Source of the DNA: an uncultured Clostridium sp.
Lineage (GTDB): Bacteria; Bacillota; Clostridia; TANB77; CAG-508
Assembly (NCBI GenBank): GCA_947565445.1
Contig: CANOGC010000002.1
Location: 4,631-68,630, forward strand
Length of the DNA stretch: 64,000 nt
Reading direction: 5' to 3'
Of the stretch, positions 23,628 through 35,773 are shown piece after piece (position 1 is the first letter of the stretch; the number at the start of each line of letters is the position of its first letter). A model generated the notes under the pieces. It was not told the origin of the DNA. It was given only the letters and a program-made list of their open reading frames with translations, and searched no databases. A program made the translations under genes and the position numbers.

Positions 23628-23975
23628 ATGGATGAAAAGTTAGCTGAAAAAATATTAAATAAGTTTGATTTATTATCAGAAAGATTTGATTCACTACAAA
23701 CAAATATAATGGGGGAAATTAATGAATTAAAGGCAAATCAAATAGTAATGCAAAATGAGATTAGTGACTTAAAAACAGGGCAATCTATAATGCAAGATGA
23801 AATTAAAGGCATAAAAAGGGGACAAACTGTAATATTACGCAGTGTTACACAAATGAAAAAAGATATAATTGGACTAAAACATACTGTAAGACACCTTGAT
23901 GAAAGAATAGATGCAGTTTTAATGGATGTAGAAACAATAGATGAAAAAACTGAAAGTTTAAAAATGGTTCAATAA
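23628..23975 (+). CDS. Hypothetical coiled-coil protein with internal repeats
   Basis: RBS GAAGGAGGTG precedes ATG 23628. The repeated motif is (N/D)EI(S/K)xLK(T/R)GQx(I/V).. No family recognised. Confidence 0.5.
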   Translation: MDEKLAEKILNKFDLLSERFDSLQTNIMGEINELKANQIVMQNEISDLKTGQSIMQDEIKGIKRGQTVILRSVTQMKKDIIGLKHTVRHLDERIDAVLMDVETIDEKTESLKMVQ

Positions 23976-24181
23976 TTTAGAAATCAAAATAGCTAAAAAC
24001 GACTAAGGGGGTTCGTTTTTTAGTTCATATATGAATTTACTATTAGTAAATCTATTCAATATAAAATTCAAAAAAATTAATTCTAAAAATTCACGAAATT
24101 ATTACAAAAAACTATACAAAAAAATAATAATAAATGATATAATCCATAAAAGAAAGAGATAGAAAGAAGAGGAACTTTTAT

Positions 24182-26621
24182 ATGGGTAATATTGTATTAT
24201 TAGATGATTTAACAATAAATAAAATAGCCGCAGGAGAGGTAGTAGAAAGACCAGCATCAGTAGTAAAAGAAATGGTAGAAAACTCTATAGATGCAGGAGC
24301 AACAAACATCAGTATTGAAATTCAAAATGGGGGAATTTCATATATTCGTATTACAGACAATGGAAAAGGAATTGCGCCAGATGACATGGAAATGGCATTT
24401 GAAAGGCATGCAACAAGTAAAATTAGAAATGCAAATGATTTAAACTATATAAAATCAATGGGATTTCGTGGAGAAGCATTAGCGAGTATTGCAGCAATTG
24501 CAAATGTAGAAATGATTTCAAAAACGGAAGTGGCAAATACTGGAAACAAAATTGTAGTAGAAGCAGGAAATGTACTTTCATTTGAAGAAATAGGATGCCC
24601 AGTAGGAACAACAATTACTGTTCAAAATTTATTTTTTAATACACCAGTTCGTTATAAATTTCTAAAAAAAGATTACACAGAATCTGGATATATAGAAGAT
24701 TATGTTACTAGACTTGCACTAGTTAATCCGAGTATTGCATTTAAATTAATAAACTCTGGAAAAACAATACTACAAACATCTGGAAATGGAAATTTAAAAG
24801 ATGTTATTTATGCTATTTTTCGGTGAAGACATTACAAGAAGTGTGCTAAATGTAGATTATCCATACGAAAATATTAAAATTACAGGAGTCATAGGAAAAC
24901 CAGAAATAGCAAGATCAAACAGAAGTAACCAAATGTTTTTTATTAATAAAAGATATGTAAAAGATAGAATTTTATCTAGTGCCACAGAAAATAGTTTTAA
25001 AGGATTAATACCAATTGGCAAATATGGTTTTGTAATTCTTAATATTGATATGGATCCATCTAAAGTAGATGTAAATGTACACCCAGCAAAATTAGAAGTT
25101 CGCTTTGATGATGAAAACAAGATATTTAAAGCTGTATATCATGCAATAAGAGATACGCTATTAAAAGCAGAGTTAATTGCAGATACAAAAGAGACAGTAG
25201 AACCATATAATGGTAATAATTTTTCGAATACTAATACAAAATCATCAATTACAGATTTATTTAGAAAAATAAAGAAAGAAGATAAAAAAGAAACTGAAGA
25301 AATAAAAGACAATGCAATTTATGATATATATACTAAAAAGACCATGGAAGCTAAAAATCCAGTTAATATAGAAGAACGAAGAAATGAAATAGAGGAGAAA
25401 AGAAAAGAAGCAGTTAAAGAACTAATTGCAATGCAACAAAGGTTAAAACAAGAAGCTGAAAATGACCCAAGTTTACATACTAATATTGATGAATTAATAA
25501 GTAAAACCCAACAAATGCATGAAATAGAAAAAAACGAATATTATGAAAATGAAGAGACTAAAAACGACAATCAAGCAGAAGTAGAAATGAAAGAAACGAG
25601 TGCAGATTATGAACCGATTTCTTCTATAGAAAAGACAGAAGAAAATAAAGAACAAGAAAATAACATAGAAGAAAAGACAGATATAGAAAATATAGATGTT
25701 ACAGAACAATCAAATAAAGAAAATTTAGAAAACATAGAACAAAATGTAGAGCAAGAAAAAACAGAAGTAAGAGATATCGAAAATAAAGACGATATAAATA
25801 CAAACGAAGAAACAAAAACATTTACAAATGAAGAAATACAAGAGATGATGGACAAGCTAGAAAAAATGGAAAACATAGAAAAAAATCCTGAATTTGAAAG
25901 TATGTATGAAAAGATTTTTGGAAAATTACCAGCTTCTACTATTGAAGAACAGCAACAAGAAAAAGAAAAAATAAATGCATATGAATTAATAAAAGATGAT
26001 AATAAAGTATCTATATTTGAAAATATAGAAGAATATCAAAAACCAACATATAAATTAGTAGGAATTGCATTTAATACATATATCATTATTGAAATTGAAA
26101 AAGAATTATATATAATAGACCAACACGCAGCACATGAAAGAGTTATGTATGAAAAAGTAAAAGAAAACTATTATTCAAGTGATAAAAAAGATTCACAAAT
26201 GCTATTACTACCAGATGTGATAACATTAACACATAAAGAAATGGACATTTTAAAAGATAATGAGGATATGTTTATAGAAGCAGGGTTTGTATTTGAAGAA
26301 TTTGGAGATAATACAATAAAGCTAACAGGAGTTCCAAATATTTGCTTAGATTTAGATACAAAGGAATTATTCTTAGAAACATTAGATGAGATTAATACAG
26401 TTGCAAGAACTGCAAAACAAGAAATAGAAGAAAGATTTATTGCAACAGTTGCATGTAAGGCAGCAGTAAAAGCAAATATGGATTTAACAAATGAAGAAGT
26501 AGATAACTTAATGAATGATCTATTAAAACTTCCAAATCCATTTACATGTCCACATGGAAGACCAACTGCAATTCGTATGGATAAAAACGATATAGAGAAA
26601 AAATTTGCTAGAAGAAAGTAA
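24182..26621 (+). CDS. mutL: DNA mismatch repair protein MutL; +1 shift at in-frame CGG 24821
   Basis: GHKL ATPase N-terminus (INKIAAGEVVERPASVVKEMVENSIDAG.. ..GFRGEAL). ORFs 24182-24826 and 24801-26621 join at TTT CGG T, giving ..LKDVIYAIF-G-EDITRSVLNV... The C-terminal endonuclease/dimerisation domain carries DQHAAHERV and FTCPHGRP. A long acidic linker spans about 25250-25900. (2440-1)/3 = 813 codons. Confidence 0.92.
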
Positions 26622-26631
26622 GGAGGAAGAA

Positions 26632-27054
26632 ATGTTTATAGTAAGCATTATATCAATTGTTATTTTTGCAATTGCAATACTTATGATTTATACAAATATA
26701 TATGAATTTGAAAAAGAAAAAAAGATACAGTTTATTATTATAGGAATAATTGTTATGATGGTACTTACATGGATTATAGTTAGCATTAGTTCTATGGGAA
26801 TACAAGTAGAAAATAAAGAATATCTAAAAATATCAAAACTTTCATCTATTCTTATATTTGCACCAATTAATACAATGTTTGTGTTACCATACTTAGGAAA
26901 TATAATAAATAAATTAAAACAAGAAATATTTAATTATAGACAAGTAACTACAAGAACAATAATATTATTATGTGTTTTAATTGTTATAGCTGTTATAGAA
27001 GTAAGTTATATAAAAAATTTTCAAATAGGAATGTTATCAAATGCTATAAAATAG
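26632..27054 (+). CDS. Hypothetical small membrane protein
   Basis: RBS AAGGAGG precedes ATG 26632. Four predicted hydrophobic helices. No family recognised. Confidence 0.5.
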   Translation: MFIVSIISIVIFAIAILMIYTNIYEFEKEKKIQFIIIGIIVMMVLTWIIVSISSMGIQVENKEYLKISKLSSILIFAPINTMFVLPYLGNIINKLKQEIFNYRQVTTRTIILLCVLIVIAVIEVSYIKNFQIGMLSNAIK

Positions 27055-27061
27055 GAGAGAA

Positions 27062-27183
27062 GGTTGAAAAATAATTGCCATTTGGCGTCGTTAAATTTCG
27101 GTTGAAATCAAATCAACGTACACAAGTACGCCTCATTAATTTCAACCTCATTTGCCTAGCCAAATAACAATTCTTTTCCAACC
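27062..27183. repeat. Imperfect 122-nt palindromic element between the membrane-protein gene and miaA
   Basis: The outer arms GGTTGAAAAATAATTGCCATTTGGC (27062-27086) and GCCAAATAACAATTCTTTTCCAACC (27159-27183) pair with 4 mismatches. The inner stems are GGTTGAAAT/ATTTCAACC and CGTAC-ACAA-GTACG. Confidence 0.45.
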
Positions 27184-27217
27184 TAGGTTTGTGCCGTAGA
27201 AAGGAAAAAGATTAAAA

Positions 27218-28138
27218 ATGAAACCAAAAGTAATTGTAATATGTGGGCCAACAGCTTCAGGAAAAACAGCATTATCTATAGAACTTGCAAAAAAGATAGA
27301 TGGAGAAATTGTTTCTGCTGATTCTATGCAAATATATAAAGATATGGATATTGGAAGTGCAAAGCCCACCAAAGAAGAAATGGATGGAATAAAGCATTAT
27401 CTATTAGACTTTGTATCACCAGAAGATAGATATAGTGTAGCAGATTATAAAAAAGATGCTACAATTGCTATTAATGAAATTATAGAAAAAGGAAAAACGC
27501 CAATTGTTGTAGGTGGTACAGGGTTATATATAGATTCGCTAATATACAATATTGATTATCCAGAAATTGAATTTGATGAAGAATATAGAAAAAGTTTAGA
27601 AAAAAGAGCAGAAGAAGAAGAGGGATTGCAAAAACTATATGAAGAAGCAAAACAAATAGATGAACAAGCTATGAAAAACATAAGTCAAAATGATCAAAAA
27701 AGAATTTTAAGAGTATTAGAACTTTACCATCAAACTGGAAAAACAAAAACAGAACAAGAAATAGAATCAAGAAAAAATGAGGTTCCATATAATTATTATG
27801 TATTTGCACTTAATATGGATAGGGAAAAATTATATGATAGAATTAATAAAAGAGTAGACATAATGGTAGAACAAGGATTAATAGAAGAAGTAGAAGGCAT
27901 TATAAAAAAATATAAAACATATCCAACCTCAATGCAAGCACTAGGGTATAAAGAGATAAAAGAATACTTAAATAGAAATATTACAAAAGAACAAGCAATA
28001 GAAACAGTAAAACAAGAAACAAGAAGATATGCAAAACGCCAATTAACATGGTTTAGAAAAAACAAACAGACTATATGGCTAGATGCTCTAGATAAAAAAG
28101 AAGAAAATATTAGAAAAATTCTGGAGGAAATTAATTGA
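27218..28138 (+). CDS. miaA: tRNA dimethylallyltransferase
   Basis: P-loop VICGPTASGKTALS, then ..SADSMQIYKDMDIGSAKP.. ..RRYAKRQLTWFR, 306 aa. Confidence 0.93.
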   Translation: MKPKVIVICGPTASGKTALSIELAKKIDGEIVSADSMQIYKDMDIGSAKPTKEEMDGIKHYLLDFVSPEDRYSVADYKKDATIAINEIIEKGKTPIVVGGTGLYIDSLIYNIDYPEIEFDEEYRKSLEKRAEEEEGLQKLYEEAKQIDEQAMKNISQNDQKRILRVLELYHQTGKTKTEQEIESRKNEVPYNYYVFALNMDREKLYDRINKRVDIMVEQGLIEEVEGIIKKYKTYPTSMQALGYKEIKEYLNRNITKEQAIETVKQETRRYAKRQLTWFRKNKQTIWLDALDKKEENIRKILEEIN

Positions 28139-29431
28139 AAAAGGTAGATAAAAATAATATACCAAATACAGAAAATATAAAAAAGAAAAATAAGAAAAAA
28201 GTAGTAATGGCATATACTATTGGAACAATTATTCTAATTTATTTTGTTTATTCTATTATACAACTAATTAAACAACCAACAGATGTTATAGCTATTGAAA
28301 ACGGAAATTTATCGGAAGAAGAAAATGCTGTGCGGTTATGTAATAAGAGAAGAAACAGTATTACAAGGAAATAACTATAAAAATGGTATAGTTCAAATTA
28401 AAGCAGAAGGAGAAAGAGTAGCAAAAGGAGACCCAGTATTTAGGTATTATAGCAATAATGAAGAGAATCTAATAAAAAAAATACAAGAACTAGATATAAA
28501 AATACAAGAAGTAATGGAAAATGAAAAAAGTATATATCCTGGAGATATTAAATTATTAGAAACACAGATACAAGAAAAACTAATTGAACTAGAAACATTA
28601 AATGATATCCAAAAAATTTCTGAATATAAAAAAGACATTAACACTAAAATTACAAAAAAAGCAAAGATTACAGGAGAACGAAGTCCGCAAGGTTCATATA
28701 TTAGAAAATTAATTGATGAAAGAAGTTCATATGAAAATACATTAAATTCTGGTTCAGAATATATTAATGCAACCTCAAGTGGAATTGTATCATATAGAGT
28801 AGATGGTCTAGAAAGTGTATTAACACCAGATTCATTTTCAAGCTTAAATACAAAATTATTGCAAGATTTAAAACTAAAAACTGGAGAAATGGTTTCGGGA
28901 AATGATGAAAGTGGAAAAATAATTAATAATTTTGAAGGATATATTGTGGCTACTGTAAACTCAGATAAGGCAATGCAAGCACAAATAGGTGACAAAGTAA
29001 CTTTACGATTATCTAGTAGTGAAGAAATATCAGCAGAAATTGTATATATAGTAGAGGAAGAAAATGAGAGACTTATTACTTTTAAGATAGATAGTGGGAT
29101 AGATATACTTGCAAGTTATAGAAAAATATCATTCGATATTATTTGGTGGAGTTATAGAGGATTAAAAGTTCCTAATAGTGCATTAATTACAGAAAAGGGA
29201 AGGCAAGGGTGCGAAGAAGAAGGAAAGGATATATACTTTATTGTAAGAAACAGAGCTGGATATACAGATAAGATACCAGTAAAAGTATTAAGACAAAATT
29301 CGTCATATTCTATTATAACAAATTATGAAAATGCAGAATTAAAAGAAAAATGGGGATATACTGATAACGAAGTAAAAGAATTAAGAAACATTGTATTACA
29401 TGATGAAATTGTAGTTAATCCAAAAAAATAA
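28135..29431 (+). CDS. HlyD-like membrane-fusion/secretion-family protein; +1 shift at in-frame CGG 28333
   Basis: GGAGG RBS precedes TTG 28135, which overlaps the miaA stop (ATG 28207 is an alternative start). There is an N-terminal TM. ORFs 28135-28374 and 28295-29431 join at GTG CGG T, giving ..LSEEENAV-G-YVIREETVLQGNNYKNGIVQIKAEGERVAKGD... (1297-1)/3 = 432 codons. Confidence 0.6.
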
Positions 29432-29552
29432 TATTACAAAAATATTACAGAGAAATTAAAAAAATATTACAATACAAAAAGGTATTGACAAGATATAAAA
29501 AAAGTAAGATACTTATAGTACATACGAAGGAGAAAAATAGGAGGTTTAAAAA

Positions 29553-30026
29553 ATGGCAGGAGCTGTAATGAGTAAAATTTGGGATTTTTTAGGAATGGAT
29601 AATTCAGAGGAAGCAGAAGAATTAGATGATAAAGTATATGATTATGAATATGAAGATGAGGAAGAAGAACAAGATCAAGAACCAAGAACAATTTTTGGAA
29701 GAAAACAAAAAGTTGTAAATATGCCACAAGTTCAACAAGTAAAAATGGTAATATCACAACCAACTACTTTTGAGCAATCAGAAGAAATTTGTAATTATTT
29801 AAAAGATAGAAAATCTGTTATAGTTAATTTAGAATATGTTAATAAAGATGTGGCTAGAAGAATAGTTGATTTTATTAGTGGTGCTGTTCATGCATTAGAT
29901 GGACATATCCAAAAAATATCAAATTCAATATTCTTAATTGCACCAATCAACTATGAAATTGCAAATGAAATGGCAAGAGAAGAAATAAGAAATAGACTAT
30001 CTGTTTCATGGCTAAAAAACAATTAA
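29553..30026 (+). CDS. sepF: Cell division protein SepF
   Basis: An acidic N-terminal region followed by the conserved SepF core (..VISQPTTFEQSEEICNYLKDRKSVIVNLEYV..ARRIVDFISGAVHALDGHIQKIS..IFLIAP). Confidence 0.85.
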   Translation: MAGAVMSKIWDFLGMDNSEEAEELDDKVYDYEYEDEEEEQDQEPRTIFGRKQKVVNMPQVQQVKMVISQPTTFEQSEEICNYLKDRKSVIVNLEYVNKDVARRIVDFISGAVHALDGHIQKISNSIFLIAPINYEIANEMAREEIRNRLSVSWLKNN

Positions 30027-30146
30027 TAATATAAAGAAAGTCGGAAGTAACTACTATTAAAGTGGTAGTTTAATAAAGCTACCGGCTTTTTTAGACGTAT
30101 ATATTTATTTAAGAATGACATACTAAAAGTAATAGGAGGAGAAAAA

Positions 30147-30596
30147 ATGCTAACACCACTAGAAATAGAAAATAAAAAGTTTTCAAAACAAATGGTTAAT
30201 GGATATAATGTAGACGAAGTAGATGAATTTTTAGATTTATTAACTGCTGATTACGAAAAATTATATAAAGAAAATACTGCTTCAAAGGAGAAAATTGATC
30301 AACTAAATGAAGATATATCACATTATAGAACAATAGAAAGCACATTACAAAGTACATTAATGATGGCACAATCAACAGCAGAAGAAGTAAAAAATGTAGC
30401 ACGTCAACAAGCAGAACAAATTATAAGTGATGCGCAATCAAATGCAAGAGGAGAAATGTATAATATAGAACAAGAAATTCAGTTAAAGAAAAAGGAATTA
30501 GAAGATGCAGAAAAACAATTTGACATATATAAAGCAAAAATGGAATCATTGTTAATTTCTCAGCTTGAACTTTTAAAAGAAATAAATAAAGATTAA
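30147..30596 (+). CDS. divIVA: DivIVA-domain protein
   Basis: MLTPLEIENKKFSKQMVNGYNVDEVDEFLD.. is the canonical DivIVA N-terminus, followed by a coiled coil. Confidence 0.85.
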   Translation: MLTPLEIENKKFSKQMVNGYNVDEVDEFLDLLTADYEKLYKENTASKEKIDQLNEDISHYRTIESTLQSTLMMAQSTAEEVKNVARQQAEQIISDAQSNARGEMYNIEQEIQLKKKELEDAEKQFDIYKAKMESLLISQLELLKEINKD

Positions 30597-30721
30597 AAAA
30601 TAAACCGCCAAATTTTAGAAATGAATTTGGTGGTTTATTATATGAAATTAATCCGTTTTTCCCACATTTCTTTACTATTTTATCAAAATGTGATATAAAA
30701 TAAGAGATAGAGGTGAAAAAA

Positions 30722-31600
30722 GTGAAAATAGCAGTATTATCAGATTTACATGGAAATATTGTAGCATTTGAAGAAGCAATAAAAGATGCAAAAAGCCAAG
30801 GAGTGGAAGAATTTATTGTATTAGGTGATATAATTACAGATTTGCCAATTACAGACGAAATAATAGATAGAGTAAAAGAACTGACACCATATGTAATAAA
30901 AGGAAATAGAGAACAATACCTACTGCAATATGAACAAACAAAAGAGGACAAACAGTGGAAAACTATGCAAAGTAAAAGTGTAGTATGCTATTATGACCAT
31001 ATAAGAGAAGATAACAAAGAATACATTAGAAATTTACCAGAACAACTAAAGTTAGAATTTGACGGGGTAACCATTAGAGCTGTGCATGGTTCACCATATA
31101 GTATTACAGAATTATTATATTTTAATACACCACTTATGGACAAAGTATTTAATGATTTACAAGAAGATATATTAATATATGGACATAATCACAAAGTAGC
31201 AGAATACGAGGAAAGAGATGGTAAAATAGTTCTTCAAGTAGGAACATTAGGAATGCACAATAATGGTATTGGAACACCACAATATAGTATATTAGAATGT
31301 AAAAATGGAAAAGTTAAAGTAGAAATTAGAAATATAGATTATAGTAGAGAGGAATTAAAAAATAAAATAAAACAAGTAGGAGGAACTTATCCAGAAGCAA
31401 AAGTTTGGCAAAACCTATGCTATCAAACTCTTACTCATACAGAAGATGTAAGAAGAGAATTTTGCCATATGGCAAAAGACATGATGATAGAAAAATATAA
31501 TGGGGAATTACCACAAGGATTCGACGCACATTTTGTATCTTTTGATGATGATATTTATAAAGAAGTATCAAAAAAATTCGAAAAATATTTTATATTATAG
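30722..31600 (+). CDS. Metallophosphoesterase family protein
   Basis: GTG 30722 has an AGAGGTG RBS (the track starts at GTG 30713). Motifs are LSDLHGN, LGDI, GNRE and GHNH. Confidence 0.7.
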   Translation: MKIAVLSDLHGNIVAFEEAIKDAKSQGVEEFIVLGDIITDLPITDEIIDRVKELTPYVIKGNREQYLLQYEQTKEDKQWKTMQSKSVVCYYDHIREDNKEYIRNLPEQLKLEFDGVTIRAVHGSPYSITELLYFNTPLMDKVFNDLQEDILIYGHNHKVAEYEERDGKIVLQVGTLGMHNNGIGTPQYSILECKNGKVKVEIRNIDYSREELKNKIKQVGGTYPEAKVWQNLCYQTLTHTEDVRREFCHMAKDMMIEKYNGELPQGFDAHFVSFDDDIYKEVSKKFEKYFIL

Positions 31601-31609
31601 GAGAGTACA

Positions 31610-31846
31610 ATGAGGCTAGATAAATTTTTAAAAGTTGCAAGAGTAATAAAAAGAAGAACAATTGCAAATGAAGCAGCAGACAAAGGAAGAGTAAGTGTTA
31701 ATGGAAAAACAGTAAAACCAAGTTATGAAGTAAAGGTTGGAGATATTGTAGAAATTGCATTTGGAGATAGTGTTTCAAAATTTGAAATTTTGCATATTCC
31801 AGAAGTAGTAAAAAACAACATGCCAGAACTAATAAAAATATTATAA
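31610..31846 (+). CDS. Small S4-domain RNA-binding protein (RqcP/YabO-like)
   Basis: MRLDKFLKVARVIKRRTIANEAADKGRVSVNGKTVKPS.., a 78-aa S4 fold. It closely resembles the B. subtilis YabO/RqcP type as I recall it. Confidence 0.72.
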   Translation: MRLDKFLKVARVIKRRTIANEAADKGRVSVNGKTVKPSYEVKVGDIVEIAFGDSVSKFEILHIPEVVKNNMPELIKIL

Positions 31847-31861
31847 TGATTAATCATCTTA

Positions 31862-31998
31862 GGTAATAGTCTATAAATATTGAAAAACCGTCGCCATTCC
31901 CCAATGAAACTGTACAAAATGCTTGCGCATTTTGACGGTTTCTATTGGTCCCCACTTATGGCTCCGAGATTCTTTTTCAATATTTATAGACTATTACC
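31862..31998 (+). repeat. Rod-like hairpin repeat, copy B (core 31888-31972)
   Basis: Outer arms are GGTAATAGTCTATAAATATTGAAAAA and TTTTTCAATATTTATAGACTATTACC. The core is the same as copy A, except the apical hairpin is CAAAATGC-TTGC-GCATTTTG (compensated). The track's dnaE N-terminal extension (31880-32029) is read-through of this element. Confidence 0.85.
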
Positions 31999-32029
31999 CA
32001 AGAATATCAAATATATAGGGAGAAGAAAG

Positions 32030-35000
32030 ATGTCGAAATTTATTCATTTACATGTGCATAGTGAATATAGCCTATTAGATGGAGCAAATCGTATAAAAGA
32101 CTTACCAGTTCGTGCTCGCGAAATGGGAATGGATGCGATTGCTCTTACAGACCATGGAGTAATGTATGGTGTTATAGACTTTTACAAAGCATGTAAAAAA
32201 GAAGGAATAAAGCCTATTATAGGTTGCGAAGTATATGTAGCAAACAGAACAAGGTTTGATAAAGAAGCAAATTTAGATTGGAATAATCACCTAATATTAC
32301 TTGCAAAAAATAACATAGGATACCAAAACTTAACCAAACTTGTATCTGCAGGTTTTACAGAAGGCTTTTATTACAAACCACGTATAGATAAAGAACTTTT
32401 AGAAAAATACCATGAAGGGTTAATTTGCCTTAGTGCTTGTTTAGCAGGAGAAGTAAACCAAGCAATACTAAAAGACGATTTAAACCATGCAAAAGAAGTA
32501 GCACTATGGTTTAAAAATATATTTGGGGAAGATTACTATTTAGAAATACAAAACAACGGAATAAAAGAACAAGCACTTGCAAACCAAAAATTAATAAGTT
32601 TATCAAAAGAACTAAATATTCCACTTGTTGCAACAAATGACGCCCATTATTCAAGGCGTGAAGATGCATACAACCACGAAGTTTTACTATGTATACAAAC
32701 AGGAAAGAAAATGAAAGACGAAGACCGTATGCGTTTTGATACAGAAGAATTATACTTAAAAACAAGTGAAGAAATGGAAGAATTCTTTGAAAATGTACCA
32801 GAAGCAATAGAAAATACATTTAAAATTGCTGAAAAATGTAATGTGGAATTTGAATTTGGACATACAATATTACCAAACTATGATGTACCAGAAGGATTCG
32901 AAACACACTATGATTATTTAAAAAAATTATGTGATGATGGAATAATTAAAAGATATGGAAAAAATCCAAGTACTGAAATATTAGAAAGAGCAGAATATGA
33001 ACTAAATGTTATTAACAAAATGGGATATGTTGATTATTACTTAATTGTATGGGACTATATAAACTATGCAAAATCGGTAGGAATACCAGTAGGACCAGGA
33101 CGTGGTTCAGGAGCAGGTTCTATTTTAGCATATGCAATTGGAATTACAGATATTGACCCAATACAATACAACTTACTATTTGAGCGTTTCCTAAACCCAG
33201 AAAGAATTAGTATGCCAGATTTTGATGTTGACTTTTGTTATGAAAGAAGACAAGAAGTTATAGATTATGTTTGCAACAAATATGGACATGACCATGTATC
33301 ACAAATTATTACATTTGGAACAATGGCAGCTCGTATGGTTATAAGAGATGTAGGAAGAGTGCTAGACATACCATATCAAGATGCAGATAAACTTGCAAAA
33401 ATGATACCAAATGAATTACATATTACAATACCAAAAGCATTAGAACAAAATAGAGAATTAAAAGAAGCATATGAAACAGATGAAACAACAAAACAAGTAT
33501 TAGATATAGCAATGGCATTAGAAGGAATGCCAAGACAGGCATCAACACATGCTTGTGGAATAGTTATAACTAAAGAGCCAGTAGTAAGCTATGTTCCGCT
33601 ATATGTAAACACTAAGGATGGTTCTATTACTACACAATTTATAATGACAACATTAGAAGAACTAGGACTACTGAAAATGGACTTTTTAGGCTTAAGAACT
33701 TTAACAGTTATACAAGACGCAATAGACTTAGTAAAACAAAATAGAGGAATAGAAGTTCAGTTTGATGAAAAAATGAATGACCCTAAAGTATATAAGCTAT
33801 GGGCAAGTGGAGAATCTTTAGGAATATTTCAGTTTGAATCACAAGGCATGACAAACTTTATGAAAGAATTAAAGCCAGATAGCTTAGAAGATATAATAGC
33901 AGGAGTTTCTTTATATCGTCCAGGGCCAATGGATCAAATACCAAGATATATTAAAAACAAACTAGACCCAGAACATGCAGTATATACACACCCTGCGTTA
34001 GAGCCGATATTAAATGTTACTTATGGATGTATGGTATACCAAGAGCAAGTTATGCAAATAGTAAGAGATTTAGCAGGGTATTCATTAGGACGTGCAGATC
34101 TTGTAAGACGTGCAATGGGCAAGAAAAAACTTGATGTTATGGCAAAAGAAAGAGAATATTTTATTTATGGAAAACTAGATGAAGGTGGAAATGTTGAAAT
34201 TCCAGGGTGTATTCGTAATGGAATAGATGAAGAATCATCAAATAAAATATTTGACGAAATGGCAGAATTTGCAAAATATGCATTTAATAAATCTCATGCA
34301 GCAGCATATGCAGTTGTATCATATAGAACAGCATATTTAAAAGCATATTATCCAGAAGAATTTTTGGCAGCAACTTTAAACAGTTTTTTAGGAAATTTAG
34401 ATAAAGTACCAGCATATATAGATGAATGTAAGCGTTTGAACATTGAAATCTTAAAACCAGACATTAATAAAAGTTATACAAAATTTACAGTAGACAATGG
34501 CAAAATTCGTTTTGGGCTAGGAAGTGTAAAAAATGTAGGAATTGCAGCAGTTGAGAGCATTGTAAAAGAAAGAAACGAAAACGGAGAATTTACAAGTTTT
34601 ACAGATTTTTGTGAAAGAATGCAAGACGAGGCAGTCAACAAAAAATGTATAGAAAGTTTAATAAAAGCAGGAGCTTTTGATGAGTTTGAACAAACAAGAA
34701 GTACATTAGTAGCATCTTTTGAAACTATTATTGATACAATATCAGATTCTTCTAAAAAAGCACTACAAGGGCAAGTAACTATGTTTGATTTAGCACCAGA
34801 AGATGAAAAAATGAGTGATATAAAATATACATATAATACATTAAAAGAATATTCAAAAAAAGAGTTATTATCAATGGAAAAAGAAATGTTAGGTTTATAC
34901 ATATCTGGTCATCCATTAGATAATTTAAGAACTCAAATTGAAAAAGAAAGTAGCATAAGTACTGCTAAGATGAGAATGCTTCATGAGGAAGAAGAGGGAG

Positions 35001-35513
35001 AAGTTCAGGAAAATATAGTAGATTTTAAAGATGGACAAGCGGTTACATTAGTTGGTGTTATAAGTAGTGTTAAAAAGAAATATACAAAAACAAATAAAAT
35101 TATGGCATTTTTAACAGTAGAAGATTTATATGGTCAAGCTGAAATAATTTTGTTTGAAAACTGTTACCAAACTTGTAATGATATTTTACTAAATGATAAA
35201 ATTGTAAAAATAGAAGGGCGTTTAAGTGTAAGAGAAGATGAAGACACAAAAATTGTGGCAAATAGAATTTACGAATTTGGGGAAAAGAAAACTAAAAAAT
35301 TAGTAATAGATATTACAGCTTTAGAAGAACCAATAAAACAACGTTTAAGAGGAGCAATAAAATTCTTCTTTCGGAGATAGAAATAATATGCCTATATTTG
35401 TAAAAGAAGAAGATATACTAAAACCATGTGGAGGTATATATTTAACAGATGAAATAAAAACACAATTTGAAGAAATTGTAGGGGGAGAACGAGTAAATGT
35501 GATAGAGGAATAG
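32030..35513 (+). CDS. dnaE: DNA polymerase III alpha subunit DnaE; C-terminus continues through +1 shift at in-frame CGG 35372
   Basis: ATG 32030 begins MSKFIHLHVHSEYSLLDGA.. (PHP domain). At TTT CGG A the zero frame stops 2 codons later. Skipping the C gives ..AIKFFF-G-DRNNMPIFVKEEDILKPCGGIYLTDEIKTQFEEIVGGERVNVIEE, ending at TAG 35511-35513. (3484-1)/3 = 1161 codons. Confidence 0.93.
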
Positions 35514-35530
35514 AAATTATATGATATAAA

Positions 35531-35674
35531 GCTATAAATCTATAAAAATATCCACGAACCGTCGCCATTCCCCAATGAAACTGTACAAAATGTGTAAACA
35601 CATTTTGACGGTTTCTATTGGTCGCCCACTTATGGCTCCGAGATTCTTCGTGGAGATTTTTATAGATTTATAGC
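35531..35674 (+). repeat. Rod-like hairpin repeat, copy C
   Basis: Outer arms are GCTATAAATCTATAAAAATATCCACGAA and TTCGTGGAGATTTTTATAGATTTATAGC. The core is identical to A apart from GTCGCCCAC versus GTCCCCAC. It starts 18 nt after the recoded dnaE stop. Confidence 0.85.
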
Positions 35675-35773
35675 TAAAAAAGAAAAACATCTTATAAATC
35701 TTCACAAATTAGACACAGAGGCAATGTATAATGTATAAATAATATTTCTTAAAGTAACGGAGAGTGATAAGAT

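Noticed and set aside
31880-32029. N-terminal extensions of dnaE (from 31880) and purN (to 17572), and ORF 35392-35601.
   Set aside because: The extensions are translations of the hairpin-repeat core. The same peptides, NRQNVFTHFVQFHWGMATVRGY and MKLYKM..SIGPHLW, recur at each copy. RBS-backed starts exist at 32030 and 17447.
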